A stretch of DNA of 64,000 nucleotides from Phormidesmis sp. (GCA_965248535.1 CBDFJR010000005.1:2336001-2400000); one strand, 5' to 3'. Positions 53,343-64,000 are shown, counted from the first letter of the stretch. The notes: a model not told the origin generated them from the sequence alone. Made by a program: numbers and translations.

Positions 53343-53660
53343 AAAACCTAGTCCTTGAGTTGGAGGCAGAGGTTGATCATTTCCCCACATCATATAGCTG
53401 TATCTGTACTAAACACCAAAGTCTGCAAGTCTGACATGGTTTGTAGTTTGGCATCTGACAGAGACTGAATCGCATTAGCGAGTTGCCTTAATCAATTTAA
53501 TAACGACTTAGGAGAATTCTATGACTCGTGCTCACACTCCTAGCATTCCCCCGGTGATTGAAGCTGATGAAGCTGAATATCGCGATAGCGGTGTTCCTAG
53601 CACGATCGCTATTTTTGGACATCCGCTACATCCACTGTTGGTGACCTTTCCGATCGCTGA
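53343..53660 (+). pseudogene. Remnant duplicate: 3' end of DUF2993 gene + 5' ~46 codons of DUF2231 gene
   Basis: 53343-53393 resembles 54423-54474; 53521-53657 encodes the same peptide as the start of the 54589 gene and diverges after FPIA. Confidence 0.85.
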
Positions 53661-53742
53661 TCTTCTCTACCGTCCTATAGAGTTTCTGGGTTTGGTTTGT
53701 GCTTTACATTAACGCCACAGACGATCAATAAGGACGTTAAGA

Positions 53743-54474
53743 ATGTCAGATTTGGGCGAACAAGCGCTAAACAAAGTTGCAGAACTAGGCATCTCTAGCC
53801 AGCTAGATGAGGTCAAAAACCTAGAGGTCGAAATTGAAACTGACCCGCTTAAACTCATCACAGGGGCCGTAGATTCTGTCTCTATCAAGGCTGAAGGACT
53901 CGTGATGCAGCACGACCTGCGGATTGAAGAGATGGAGATGCACACCGGGCACGTAGCCCTCAACCCGATGAGTGTGGCTTTTGGCAAAATTGAGTTAACT
54001 CGACCGACCCACGCTGCGACTCACGTGGTTCTCACTGAGGCAGATATTAACCGCGCCTTCAACTCAGACTTTATCAGGAGCAAGCTGCAAGATCTGAAGG
54101 TGCACGTCAATGGTGAACTAGCGATCGTAGACACCCACGCGATCGAGTTTGGTCTGCCGGGCGATGGCAAGATTTTTTTGAGCACTGAGGTGATGCTGCA
54201 AGCCACTCAAGAGAAGAAGCGGGTAGCGTTCACGACGGTTCCCAAAGTTGGGCAAGGGGGGCAGCAAGTGCTTTTAGAAGACGTGCAGTATGTCGAAGGT
54301 CAAGATCTTTCACCTGAACTGACCGAAGCCTTGCTCACTCAAGCACAAGACCTTTTGAATCTCAGGAACTTTGAGCTAGAGGGCATGGCTTTAAAGCTCA
54401 AAAAGCTAGACGTGCAAACTGGAAAACTAGTCCTTGAGTCAGAGGCAGAGGTTGACCATTTCCCCTCATCATAA
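53743..54474 (+). CDS. DUF2993 / LmeA-like protein
   Basis: LEVEIETDPLKLITGAVDSVSIKAEG..VVLTEADINRAFNS. Confidence 0.75.
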   Translation: MSDLGEQALNKVAELGISSQLDEVKNLEVEIETDPLKLITGAVDSVSIKAEGLVMQHDLRIEEMEMHTGHVALNPMSVAFGKIELTRPTHAATHVVLTEADINRAFNSDFIRSKLQDLKVHVNGELAIVDTHAIEFGLPGDGKIFLSTEVMLQATQEKKRVAFTTVPKVGQGGQQVLLEDVQYVEGQDLSPELTEALLTQAQDLLNLRNFELEGMALKLKKLDVQTGKLVLESEAEVDHFPSS

Positions 54475-54588
54475 AGTCGTTTCTGCCCAGAGAGTTAAGC
54501 CTGCTGTGGCTATGATTCGCCTTTCCCTGTCTGGTGAGAGTCTCGCAGGCTGCCCAACTCGATTTAATAACCAATTAGGAGAACTCTA

Positions 54589-55179
54589 ATGACTCGTGCT
54601 CACACTCCCAGCATTCCCCCCGTGATCGAAGCTGACGAAGCTGAATATCGCGATAGTGGCGTTCCTAGCACGATCGCTATTTTTGGGCATCCTTTACATC
54701 CGCTGTTAGTGACCTTCCCGATCGCGTTCCTAACAGGTGCATTGGGCACCGACGTGGGCTACTGGCTTACGGGAGATTCTTTTTGGGCCAGAGCCTCTTT
54801 TTGGCTGATTGGAGTGGGCATCGCGTCGGGTTTGGTGGCAGCGGCGGCTGGCATGAGCGACTTTGTGAGAATCGATCGCGTCCGTGAACACAGCGCAGGC
54901 TGGGCGCACATGGTCGGCAACGTTGCTGCACTGGCGCTTTCGGCGGCAAACTTCTGGCTGAGATGGAATCGTCAAACCGATGCAATTTTGCCAATAGGAC
55001 TCATCCTCTCTCTTATTGTGGCGACTCTGTTAGCCATTACCGGATGGTATGGTGCAGAACTTATCTATCGTCACAAGGTTGCAGTCATTGGCTATGGCCC
55101 TAACAATAGACCGCAGCTGATATCGAGAGCATTGAAGATTTATTGCTCTCAGCGTTGGTGGTCGAATTTTATTTCATAG
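54589..55179 (+). CDS. DUF2231 family membrane protein
   Basis: GHPLHPLLVTFPIA, WAHMVGN, ITGWYGAELIYRH. Confidence 0.85.
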   Translation: MTRAHTPSIPPVIEADEAEYRDSGVPSTIAIFGHPLHPLLVTFPIAFLTGALGTDVGYWLTGDSFWARASFWLIGVGIASGLVAAAAGMSDFVRIDRVREHSAGWAHMVGNVAALALSAANFWLRWNRQTDAILPIGLILSLIVATLLAITGWYGAELIYRHKVAVIGYGPNNRPQLISRALKIYCSQRWWSNFIS

Positions 55180-55298
55180 ACCATTAGTAATTAGAACTTC
55201 ACTCTTTTGGACTATGGGCCAGTTCCGTCATTTGAAAGAGGCGTAATGGCCTCTTTTTTTTTATTGTTGTGAATAGCAATTTATTCTAAAGAACTACT

Positions 55299-55655
55299 AT
55301 GAACCTTGATTCAAAACCGGGTGATAACAGTGGCGAGATCAATCAGCCGATGACGGCTGAAGAGGTTGACCCCAAACAAAAGCAGGAGCAACAGGCTGAG
55401 TTAGATAAAGAATATTTAGCCAGCAACCCTGGCGATCGCATTGACGAGTCAAAATCTCTTGAAGAAAAAGCGCAGCAAGTGGCTGTTGACACAACCGACA
55501 TCACGGGAGACCACATCACTGTTCCGACTTATTTTGTGGTTGACTTGCCCGATGGTGAAAAGAAACCGTTGCACCACGTTAAAGATGCTGAAGAAATCTC
55601 AGACGTGATTCGTCAAGCCAGAATTAATGAAGATGGCGAACAAGTTTGGCGATAG
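55299..55655 (+). CDS. Acidic hypothetical protein
   Basis: 118-aa ORF followed by a terminator. Confidence 0.7.
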   Translation: MNLDSKPGDNSGEINQPMTAEEVDPKQKQEQQAELDKEYLASNPGDRIDESKSLEEKAQQVAVDTTDITGDHITVPTYFVVDLPDGEKKPLHHVKDAEEISDVIRQARINEDGEQVWR

Positions 55656-55681
55656 ATCTAGCTTTGACATCGTTGCGATAA

Positions 55682-55710
55682 GCCCCAAACCCTCAAGGTT
55701 GGGGTTTTTT
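55682..55710 (+). terminator. Rho-independent terminator
   Basis: gccccaaacc-ctcaa-ggttggggt followed by a T-run. Confidence 0.7.
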
Positions 55711-55929
55711 ATTAGTTTAGAAGCACGGGGCTGCCGAGCCTACAGCCTGTGTAAAGCGCCAACGCGATTTGGGGCACAATTCTTTGATCAATCTAAAAAT
55801 ATTAGCGATCGTATCCCTTGATAGAGACACATCGATAGCAGTTCAAGCACGATCACTATATTCTTAAAGAGAGACTGCTTTGAGAAGAAATGTAAAGCAT
55901 TTCTAATCTTCAACCCGCTATATAAAAAT

Positions 55930-56601
55930 ATGTTTCAGGTGTTTCCCTTTAAAACTGATTTTTTTGATCCAGACATTCCTCTACTCAAGCGTAAACAATC
56001 AGCCTTTGCGATCGAAGATTTGCCGGGGCTGTGGCGGCTGCACTGGCAGATAGGGCAGGTCACCATCTTCTCGACCTTTTATACACCGATTGATCAAGCT
56101 TGTCTTCTGTGGGGTGTCATTTCATTCGTTATTTTTATGACGGCTCAGTTTGCCCCGATCGATTGGGCAACACAAGCGTTTTTTTGGTCGGGTCTGACTC
56201 TGCTGGGCACAGGCGCAATGGTCAAGCTCTCAGACAGATGGACGGCGATCGAGCCGCTCAACCATGTCATTTTTGCCTGGATAGTTCTCATGTTGGCGGG
56301 TTTAGTGCTGACTGATTTGAGTGTCTTTTTGGGTTGGGGTTCGATGTTGATGCACCTACCCCTGCTGTGGCTTGCGCTCAACGCGTTTGGCTATCTCTAC
56401 ACGGGCCTCAAGATGCGATCGCGGGCATTTTTGCTGATCTGCGTGGTGCATCTGCTGGCGATCATGACCCTTGATTATGTGGGCGTTTGGCAGTTTCTCG
56501 AAACGGGAGTCGTCATTGGTCTAAGCTCTGTGCTCTTGGCCGAGCTTCAGTGGGATTCGAGCGGAGTTTGTGCGACTCATCGATTTGAAGAAAGTCCCTA
56601 G
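55930..56601 (+). CDS. Hypothetical polytopic membrane protein
   Basis: About six hydrophobic segments. Confidence 0.8.
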   Translation: MFQVFPFKTDFFDPDIPLLKRKQSAFAIEDLPGLWRLHWQIGQVTIFSTFYTPIDQACLLWGVISFVIFMTAQFAPIDWATQAFFWSGLTLLGTGAMVKLSDRWTAIEPLNHVIFAWIVLMLAGLVLTDLSVFLGWGSMLMHLPLLWLALNAFGYLYTGLKMRSRAFLLICVVHLLAIMTLDYVGVWQFLETGVVIGLSSVLLAELQWDSSGVCATHRFEESP

Positions 56602-56682
56602 GTTGAGATCTTTTGGTCTCGAATCTAATCGCTGATCCTGTCTTTTTGAATCTTTCTTAGGTTAGATGCTTGATCTCAGAAC

Positions 56683-56698
56683 TGTAGCTTATACTACA
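56683..56698 (+). promoter_or_regulatory. NtcA box (tGTA-N8-TACa) overlapping a TATACT -10-like hexamer
   Basis: tGTAgcttatacTACa at 56683-56698, upstream of the PirA-like ORF. Confidence 0.65.
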
Positions 56699-56719
56699 GA
56701 AACTTAGGTTAATCATCCA

Positions 56720-57112
56720 GTGCGGGTGACTCAAATGCGATTTTCTTATTGGGGCAAACGCGATGAATGGATGTCTCCCACGATCGAGGTAACCGAACGT
56801 GAGATTCAAAGTGGATCTTATAGAATGCCTGAGAGATGTCACACTTTAGCTGAGGTTCAGGTTTTCCAGGCTCCCCAGCACTTAGAAGGTCAGAATAGAC
56901 TTTGTTCTCAGCGAGACGATTTTAAGATTGAGCCAAAGCAGCTTCGCAAAAGACTGCCCGTTTACTCAACCGTCTCGCAGCAACTCAAACGCATCCACAG
57001 CGCTAATATATATCGCAGTCTAGAGCGTCGGATGCAGGCGGCCAAAGACCGAGAAGATGATCAGCTTCTTCAGGTTTTAGAGTCTGAGTTGAGAGAAACC
57101 GTTTTGCGATAG
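56720..57112 (+). CDS. Protein with C-terminal PirA (Ssr0692)-like domain; start uncertain
   Basis: RIHSANIYRSLERRMQAAKDREDDQLLQVLESE resembles the PirA core as I recall it; NtcA box upstream. Confidence 0.55.
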   Translation: MRVTQMRFSYWGKRDEWMSPTIEVTEREIQSGSYRMPERCHTLAEVQVFQAPQHLEGQNRLCSQRDDFKIEPKQLRKRLPVYSTVSQQLKRIHSANIYRSLERRMQAAKDREDDQLLQVLESELRETVLR

Positions 57113-57195
57113 CGCGATCGTTTTGTAGGTGAAGGTTATGGGTGGCACTGAGTGAGAGCTTAGTCCACCCTTTATTTTGCCGCTTTTTTTGAGAC

Positions 57196-58515
57196 TTAGC
57201 CGCCGCTTCGACCCGTCACTGACAGCCCCTCGACGATCAGCGAAGGCGTGTGACAGGAGCCGTTCCAATCTCCATCGCCGCCGAGTTCGACGAGGTTTTT
57301 GAGAGCGTTGTAAACACTGCCTGCCACCATCGTGTCTTTGACCCTGCCGACAATTTCACCCTTTTGAACTCGATAGCCCAAATCAACGTTGATCGAAAAT
57401 TCGCCAGAGATGCCTGCCCCGCCGCCCAGCATTTGATCTAAAACTAGGCCGTCTTCTAAGGTCGAGATCATATCTGAAAATGATTTTTTACCCGGCTCGA
57501 TCAGCAGATTGAATAAGCCAGGGTTAGGATAACTGCCCAAACCGGGGCGAAATCCGTTGCCCGTCGTGCCACTGCCCAGCAGGTTTCCGGTGGTGCGATC
57601 GGCATAAAACAATTGCAAAATGCCGCGATCGATGAACGTGATCGGTCGAGTCGGCGTGCCCTCATCGTCAAAGGGGCAGCTAAAGGGGCCGGCTTCTGGC
57701 TGTTGGCTAATCGTGATCGCTTCAGACATCACAGGTTGATTTAAGCGATCACTCCAGGGCGATGCCCCCTCGATCACCTGTTTGCCGTTGAGGGCTGACT
57801 GCACCGTTCCCCACAGCATATCCGCAGCTTTGGACGTGAAGAGAATCGGAACTCGCCCGATCGGGGCACCCACATTTTCTTTAGCCCACTCTAAGCGCTG
57901 CATGATCAAGTGAGCAACGATCGCTGGATCTAAGCGATCGCGCAAGGTCTGCCCATCGCTGACATTGAGAAAGTCGTCTCCTCGCACCCACTCCACTTCT
58001 AGATAGCCGCTGAGAGTGGTGTCTGTGTAGCCGCAGTCTAGCCCGTTAGACGTGATCAAGCGGGTTGTTTCTGATTCACACTCCCAGCCGCCCGCACAGA
58101 GCACTTCGGGATAGCGATCGCGCACTAGCTCAATCGCCTGTCTGCCCCATTCCACCAGCGTTTCGACCGAGACGGCCGTTCCCACGTTGGGATAGATCAG
58201 CTGAGAAGCCGGAGCTAGCTCGATCGCTTCGGGTTCATTGAGTTGGCTGAGAGCAATGGCGCGATCGACCAAGGTTTGCGCCTCAACGGGGCCGTAGGCC
58301 ACCGCCAACCCTGGGCAGCCGTTTTTCCACAGCCGCAGCGCCGTGCCTTCTGAGTCGGCGCTTTCGAGTTGCTTGAGCCGATTGGCCTCAAAATAAACCG
58401 GGCGAGAGAGCGATCGTGATTGAAAGACTTCTGCTGCTTGCGCCCCCGATCGGGCAGCGAGTTCCAGCAATTGTTCTGATAGCATATCCTGCAAGTCGAG
58501 AGAACCTGTTCCCAC
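57196..58515 (-). CDS. TldD/PmbA family protein
   Basis: FEANRLKQLE, PFDDEGTP, TTGNGFR, SGEFSINVDLGY..GEIVGRVKDTMVAG. Confidence 0.92.
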   Translation of the reverse strand: MGTGSLDLQDMLSEQLLELAARSGAQAAEVFQSRSLSRPVYFEANRLKQLESADSEGTALRLWKNGCPGLAVAYGPVEAQTLVDRAIALSQLNEPEAIELAPASQLIYPNVGTAVSVETLVEWGRQAIELVRDRYPEVLCAGGWECESETTRLITSNGLDCGYTDTTLSGYLEVEWVRGDDFLNVSDGQTLRDRLDPAIVAHLIMQRLEWAKENVGAPIGRVPILFTSKAADMLWGTVQSALNGKQVIEGASPWSDRLNQPVMSEAITISQQPEAGPFSCPFDDEGTPTRPITFIDRGILQLFYADRTTGNLLGSGTTGNGFRPGLGSYPNPGLFNLLIEPGKKSFSDMISTLEDGLVLDQMLGGGAGISGEFSINVDLGYRVQKGEIVGRVKDTMVAGSVYNALKNLVELGGDGDWNGSCHTPSLIVEGLSVTGRSGG

Positions 58516-58522
58516 TGTTAGC

Positions 58523-59383
58523 CTACGCTAATTTGACCTCCTGCAATAGCCAGAATCCGGCAAAGGCTTCGACTTGGGGGTCGGTTTGAATCGCCAAAAA
58601 GTGCACTTGATTAGCGTGCTGTTTTGCGGCTTCAAATTGTCTTGCTTCTGGCTGAGTTTTAGCGTCAAGGCTGGTGAGAATCCAGCGATCGCTGACTCCG
58701 GTTTCGAGCAGCAGCCGCGTTGGGGAATCAGGGTCGAATTTGATTGCTGCCATTTCTAACCCCGACATCCAGGCGGCCATGGGCACAGCGCGAGGCGAAT
58801 AGATAATCAACCCCGGAATTGGCGTGTCAGGAGCCAGCCCTGCCATCTTGAGCGGGAACGATTCACCAAAGTCGATCGCCCACTCGCTCATGTCATCAAA
58901 GGCGCTGGTTTCTAGGGTGGCAAAGATCCATTTCTGCCCAATCAGGGCATCGGGCAACGGCTCGGCCGGAGTCGTTGGAAACGTCACCGAAGGACTTTTA
59001 GACGGCTGAAACCCTGGATGAGCGGGGTAAACCGTCTCCATGCGATCGCGCACCCACTGACTGAGGGCAAACGTCCGCCGACTCAGTTGCGCGGGCACGT
59101 TTAGCCCATCGCAGGCCGTCACGATCATGTTATTCATCGCTTGGCGAAAAAAGCGAATCTTATCAGGCGGATGAGGAGCACGGGCAATGGCTTCTGAGAT
59201 CGCGCTTTTTAACCAACCGGAATTGACCTGCGTGCTCGAACAATATTCGGCATAGCGAAACAGCGAGTCTGGCTCAACATCAATCCGAGTCGGACTTTCG
59301 CAGATCAAAACTTCCCAGACTTTTTTATTGTTTTCATCCACGATCGGGCGTGAATAGTAATCAAGTTCCCAAATAGTTGTCAT
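58523..59383 (-). CDS. Tab2/Atab2 family RNA-binding protein
   Basis: WELDYYSRP..KKVWEVLIC, IRFFRQAM, LSRRT, AAWMSGLE, HFLAIQ..FAGFWLL. Confidence 0.92.
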   Translation of the reverse strand: MTTIWELDYYSRPIVDENNKKVWEVLICESPTRIDVEPDSLFRYAEYCSSTQVNSGWLKSAISEAIARAPHPPDKIRFFRQAMNNMIVTACDGLNVPAQLSRRTFALSQWVRDRMETVYPAHPGFQPSKSPSVTFPTTPAEPLPDALIGQKWIFATLETSAFDDMSEWAIDFGESFPLKMAGLAPDTPIPGLIIYSPRAVPMAAWMSGLEMAAIKFDPDSPTRLLLETGVSDRWILTSLDAKTQPEARQFEAAKQHANQVHFLAIQTDPQVEAFAGFWLLQEVKLA

Positions 59384-59412
59384 GTTAGAGCATCAAAGGG
59401 CATCAGCGAATA

Positions 59413-60324
59413 TCAGTCTCCCAGCAGGTTTTTTCTAGCTCGTTCTTGACGCGAGTCTGCTTCATCCATTACCTGAGCCATATTCTCAGTCATTTCACCA
59501 GGGTGATTTTCTAGAATCTTGGTTGAGAGAGAAATTCTGCCTCTGCCCTCATCGAGTTCGACAATCATGGCTTTGATCACTTGCCCGACTTGCAGCAGCG
59601 CAGGCAGCGACGCGATGTAGTTTTTGCTGATCTGATTGATGTGCAGCAAACCCGTCGTGCTCTCAAATTCCACAAAGGCACCAAAAGGCTTGAGGCTGAC
59701 CACTTTGCCCTCGACCAGTTGCCCCACTTCTAGCCGACTAAAGCTAGCGCTCTTGGCGGCGAGACGATTGGACAGGACTAGTTTATTGCGATCGCGATCC
59801 ATTTCTAAAAACGTCGCGGTCAGAGTTTGACCTTTGAGGGCTTCGAGATCTTCGCGCTCGACGAGGTGCGATCGGGGAATAAACCCCCGCAAGCCCTGCA
59901 CATCGACGGTTACGCCGCCTTTGTTTGTGCCTGTCACCCGCACTTGCAGACTTTGCTTACTGTCTTGCACGTCGGCCAGCCGATCCCAGATTTTTTTGAT
60001 CTCTAGTTGACGCAGCGAGAGGGTGACTTGTCCGTTTTCATCTTGTTCACGAATAATCAGAAAATCTCGCTCTTCTTCCTGATCGGGCAGCACCGCCGAG
60101 ATATCGCTGATCTGGCGCACGCTGGCTTCTTCGATCGCTAAAAAGGCCGGAGACTTGCCCCCAATGTCGATCAGCGCCCCTCCGCTCTCATAGCTAAACA
60201 CCTTTCCCCGAACGATTTGCCCCTTGGCAAACTGGTAGTCGTGTTGCTCTAGTGCTTTTGCAAAGTCATCCATTGAGAAGGATGCTTCTGATCGAGACTG
60301 GGTTGATTTTTGATTCATGATCAC
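59413..60324 (-). CDS. S1 RNA-binding domain protein (ribosomal protein S1 homologue B type)
   Basis: Three S1 domains (GALIDIGGKS, GLRGFIPRSH, KPFGAFV..GLLHINQIS). Confidence 0.9.
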   Translation of the reverse strand: MIMNQKSTQSRSEASFSMDDFAKALEQHDYQFAKGQIVRGKVFSYESGGALIDIGGKSPAFLAIEEASVRQISDISAVLPDQEEERDFLIIREQDENGQVTLSLRQLEIKKIWDRLADVQDSKQSLQVRVTGTNKGGVTVDVQGLRGFIPRSHLVEREDLEALKGQTLTATFLEMDRDRNKLVLSNRLAAKSASFSRLEVGQLVEGKVVSLKPFGAFVEFESTTGLLHINQISKNYIASLPALLQVGQVIKAMIVELDEGRGRISLSTKILENHPGEMTENMAQVMDEADSRQERARKNLLGD

Positions 60325-60374
60325 TGAGTGACACCCTCACGGTTGCGGGGGTTATTTTAAAGACTATTTCTAGT

Positions 60375-61124
60375 TTAGCCTGGGAGCGAGGTACCGAGAG
60401 GTTTAAAAAGTGCTTTCACCTGGTTCCAAGCGTCGGCGGCCGCATCGGGACTGTAGTCTGATCGGCGATCGCAAAAGAAACCGTGCCCTGCGGGATAGCG
60501 AAAAATCCGGTGAGCAATATGCTGTTGCTGGAGTTCGGCTTCGATCTGATCAATTTGCTCGATCGGAATTAACGGATCTTGAGTGCCAAAAAAACCGTAG
60601 AGAGTGCCCTTGATCTCTCCAGTGCGGCTAATGGTCGGGGTGCCGCCACCGGGAGTCATCGTGGCAATTCCGGCCCCATAGAATGACGCAGTGGCTTTAA
60701 TCTCTGGCAGCGTTGCCGCCAAATAAGCGACGTGACCGCCAAAACAGAAGCCGATCGCGCCGATCGCCTCCTTTTTCACTGACGAAAGGGATTTTAGGTA
60801 GGCGATCGTGGCCCGCAGATCACTCAATAATTCGTCAGCTTTGGTTTGTTCTTTGTGGAGTCGTCCGAGTTTTGTTTCGGCTTCACTGTAACCGACTTCA
60901 AAATTGGGAGCCGATCGCTGAAAAATTGCGGGCGCGATCGCCACATAGCCTTCTCGTGCCAGCCGCTCGGTCACATCACGAATGTGAGCATTTACGCCAA
61001 AGATCTCTTGAATCACCACGATCGCGGGGTGGGGTTCGCCCCCGATCGGCTCTGCTAAATAAGCCTTGATAGGCAATTCTCCGTTTAAAACGGTTACGTT
61101 TGTCGTTCTAATGTCGATCGCCAT
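60375..61124 (-). CDS. Dienelactone hydrolase family protein
   Basis: QEIFGVNAHIRDV, GFCFGG, SFYG, AGHGF. Confidence 0.93.
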   Translation of the reverse strand: MAIDIRTTNVTVLNGELPIKAYLAEPIGGEPHPAIVVIQEIFGVNAHIRDVTERLAREGYVAIAPAIFQRSAPNFEVGYSEAETKLGRLHKEQTKADELLSDLRATIAYLKSLSSVKKEAIGAIGFCFGGHVAYLAATLPEIKATASFYGAGIATMTPGGGTPTISRTGEIKGTLYGFFGTQDPLIPIEQIDQIEAELQQQHIAHRIFRYPAGHGFFCDRRSDYSPDAAADAWNQVKALFKPLGTSLPG

Positions 61125-61293
61125 GCTTAAAATGGTACGAGTATTGACAGTTCTACGCTAAAAGTCCTGATGGCGCTTTTGATTTCACTCTATAAGGTGG
61201 AGTTTCCAGTTACTGTCTTTTTTTGTAAACGGATTCCGGTGGTAGGATTACTTAATTTGAATCTAGTATGTGAGCAAGTCTTGAGGCGCTGGC

Positions 61294-62280
61294 ATGGTGC
61301 AATTTCATATTCAGCCAGATAGCGATATCCCGGCATCGACGCAACTTTATAATCAGATTTTGTTTGCGATCGCGTCGCGGCAGTTTTCGCCGGGGCACCG
61401 TTTGCCCAGCACTCGCCAATTAGCGATGCAAACCGGGCTGCACCGCAACACCATCAGCAAGGTCTATCGACAGCTAGAAGAAGCCGGAGTCGTCGATGCT
61501 CAAGCCGGGTCAGGCATCTATGTGCGCGATCAAGCCCACGATGCAACCACCAGCGTTAAGTCGCCTTTGCTTGACCAAAACCCCCAGGCTCACAAAATTA
61601 TTCAGACCAGCTTAGATGATCTGCTCAAGCAAGGGTCTTCGCTCGGTCAGGCACGAGAGTTATTTTTAGCCGAAATCGATTGGCGGCTGCGCTGTAGCGC
61701 TCAAGTGCTGATTACGGCTCCGCAGCACGACATTGCCAACGGGGAGATTTTGCTGCGCGAGTTAGAGCGAGCGCTCAACATTCCCATGCAGTTGGTGCCT
61801 TTAGAAGAACTTAGCCGGGTGCTCGATCAGACGCGATCAAGCACCGTCGTCACCAGTCGCTATTTCATCGCTCAGGCCGAAGCGATCGCGACTCCCCGAT
61901 CGGCGCGGGTGATTCCGGTAGACATTTACGATTTTGAAAAAGAAATCAAAATGGTGCGATCGCTCCCTAAAGGCACCTGTCTAGGCATTGTCAGCCTAAG
62001 CTCAGGAACGGTTGGGGTGGCTGAGGTGATCATTCACAGCTTGCGGGGCGATGACCTGCTGGTGATGACCGCCCAGTTAAGCGATAAATACAAAATGAAT
62101 GCGATGGTGCGAAGTGCTCAAACCATCTTTAGTTTCGACGACGCAAGCACTGCGGTGGTCAAAGCAACGATCTCGGCGGCGAGAGAAGACATCATTCGTC
62201 CGCCTCAGTTGATCTGCTGTGAAAACTTTATCGTCAGCAAGTCAGTCAGTCTGCTCAAGCGCGAGTTAGGTCTAGATTAA
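61294..62280 (+). CDS. plmA: GntR-family transcriptional regulator, PlmA subfamily
   Basis: MVQFHIQPDSDIPASTQLYNQ..LPSTRQLAMQTGLHRNTISKVY; FLAEIDWRLRC, VVTSRYF, SLRGDD, DIIRPP. Confidence 0.9.
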   Translation: MVQFHIQPDSDIPASTQLYNQILFAIASRQFSPGHRLPSTRQLAMQTGLHRNTISKVYRQLEEAGVVDAQAGSGIYVRDQAHDATTSVKSPLLDQNPQAHKIIQTSLDDLLKQGSSLGQARELFLAEIDWRLRCSAQVLITAPQHDIANGEILLRELERALNIPMQLVPLEELSRVLDQTRSSTVVTSRYFIAQAEAIATPRSARVIPVDIYDFEKEIKMVRSLPKGTCLGIVSLSSGTVGVAEVIIHSLRGDDLLVMTAQLSDKYKMNAMVRSAQTIFSFDDASTAVVKATISAAREDIIRPPQLICCENFIVSKSVSLLKRELGLD

Positions 62281-62571
62281 TAGACCTCCTGCATGACTAG
62301 GATCTAGAGATAAGCTGCTCTGCGATCGCGCTACGTTGAGTTCTGCTTCAGCCCCCTTCTATTCTCTCTTTGCTTCGACGATCCCTGGGAAGAGGATGTC
62401 CAAAAACAATAGGATTCACTGGGTTTCCCAACTATTTCTTTTTCAATAAATCAGCCCTGCCCCAGAATTGGAGATTTAGGGGACTAAAGCCGACCGCAAC
62501 ACGGTGACAAAGCTTTATACACCGTGGCTCCTAAGGGGGAGGGCGAGACGTTGTACTTTGATCACACGTTC

Positions 62572-63138
62572 CTAAGTAGGAGTGACCGTAGGCTCGCTGT
62601 CAGACACAGCCGGGTTGAGCGCTAACCCGACGCGGGAGATGCCCGTAAACAGAATGCTTGCTCCGACTAGAGTGCCCAGCAGCCAAGGCGCATCGAAGGG
62701 GAACTGGAACCAGATCATCGCGCCTAGCAATAGCGTAATGATGCCATTGCCCAACACCCAAGTCCAATTCTGCTGTGGGCGTAGTCGGAAGGCCAAAATT
62801 AGCTCAAACACGCCTTCACTCAGCAAGAAGCTGCCCAGCAAAATCGTCAGCGTTAAAACGCCCGATAGCGGTGCCACAAACAGCATGATCCCCGTGCCGA
62901 TATAGAGAATGCTTAACACCAGCTTCCAGGCAAAGCCACCTTCTTGACGGGTTTGAAAGGCATAGCCAAACTTGGCAAATCCGGCAGAGAGAATGATTAG
63001 AGCGATCCACGTCTCAGTGACGATCGTCGAAACCCCCGGCAAAAAGATGCCAGCTAACCCTAAAACGATTAAGAGAATTCCAATCCAGAGCGACGAGTTT
63101 CTGGCTGGTTTGATTTCAGGTGGGACATTGGTAGTCAT
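62572..63138 (-). CDS. HdeD family membrane protein
   Basis: About six TM segments; WIGILLIVLG, WVLGNGIITLLLG, PWLLGTLVG..LFTG. Confidence 0.85.
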   Translation of the reverse strand: MTTNVPPEIKPARNSSLWIGILLIVLGLAGIFLPGVSTIVTETWIALIILSAGFAKFGYAFQTRQEGGFAWKLVLSILYIGTGIMLFVAPLSGVLTLTILLGSFLLSEGVFELILAFRLRPQQNWTWVLGNGIITLLLGAMIWFQFPFDAPWLLGTLVGASILFTGISRVGLALNPAVSDSEPTVTPT

Positions 63139-63259
63139 ATAAGAGTTTTCCTATACCTGGTTGAATTGCACACTCAGAATAGAAAACTTCTCGGTCTTTA
63201 GGTAGCGTCTTAAGACAGAACTGCGATCGCGACGCATCAGACTTTAGCTAGAGACCGCC

Positions 63260-64000
<741 letters not shown>

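Overview
Cyanobacterial chromosomal DNA. The HIP1 octamer GCGATCGC recurs throughout, and plmA, Tab2, COP23, GUN4, DUF928 and DUF1822 genes are present; a filamentous Leptolyngbyaceae-like organism is plausible but not proven. Roughly 1-53 kb is accessory DNA rich in signalling genes and caspase-like (CHAT) proteases. It contains: (i) a kinase-like/TM/extracytoplasmic gene cut by the window edge, plus a two-component pair; (ii) a 42-bp tandem array beside a coiled-coil hypothetical gene; (iii) a small hydrophobic-helix protein coupled to a CHAT-NTPase-TPR protein with eleven ~120-bp repeats; (iv) a leader-peptide/hairpin-controlled orphan gene; (v) a baseplate-only contractile injection system (CIS) operon; (vi) a kinase-GUN4/GUN4/COP23 cluster facing a sigma-like/DUF1822 pair; (vii) a hydrolase/SDR islet and 5-oxoprolinase; (viii) a 23-kb TpsB/TpsA x2/TPR-CHAT/DUF928/CHASE2-HK/RR-HK/CHAT/sigma/DUF1822/CHAT-CHASE2/DUF928 locus. 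The last is my best candidate for an undescribed protease-gated extracellular signalling system. The right end (54-64 kb) is ordinary cyanobacterial core genome (PirA-like with an NtcA box, TldD/PmbA, Tab2, S1, dienelactone hydrolase, plmA, HdeD, pstB). Three large genes carry frameshifts that may be real or assembly errors. All family calls come from reading motifs by eye; no database searches were run.
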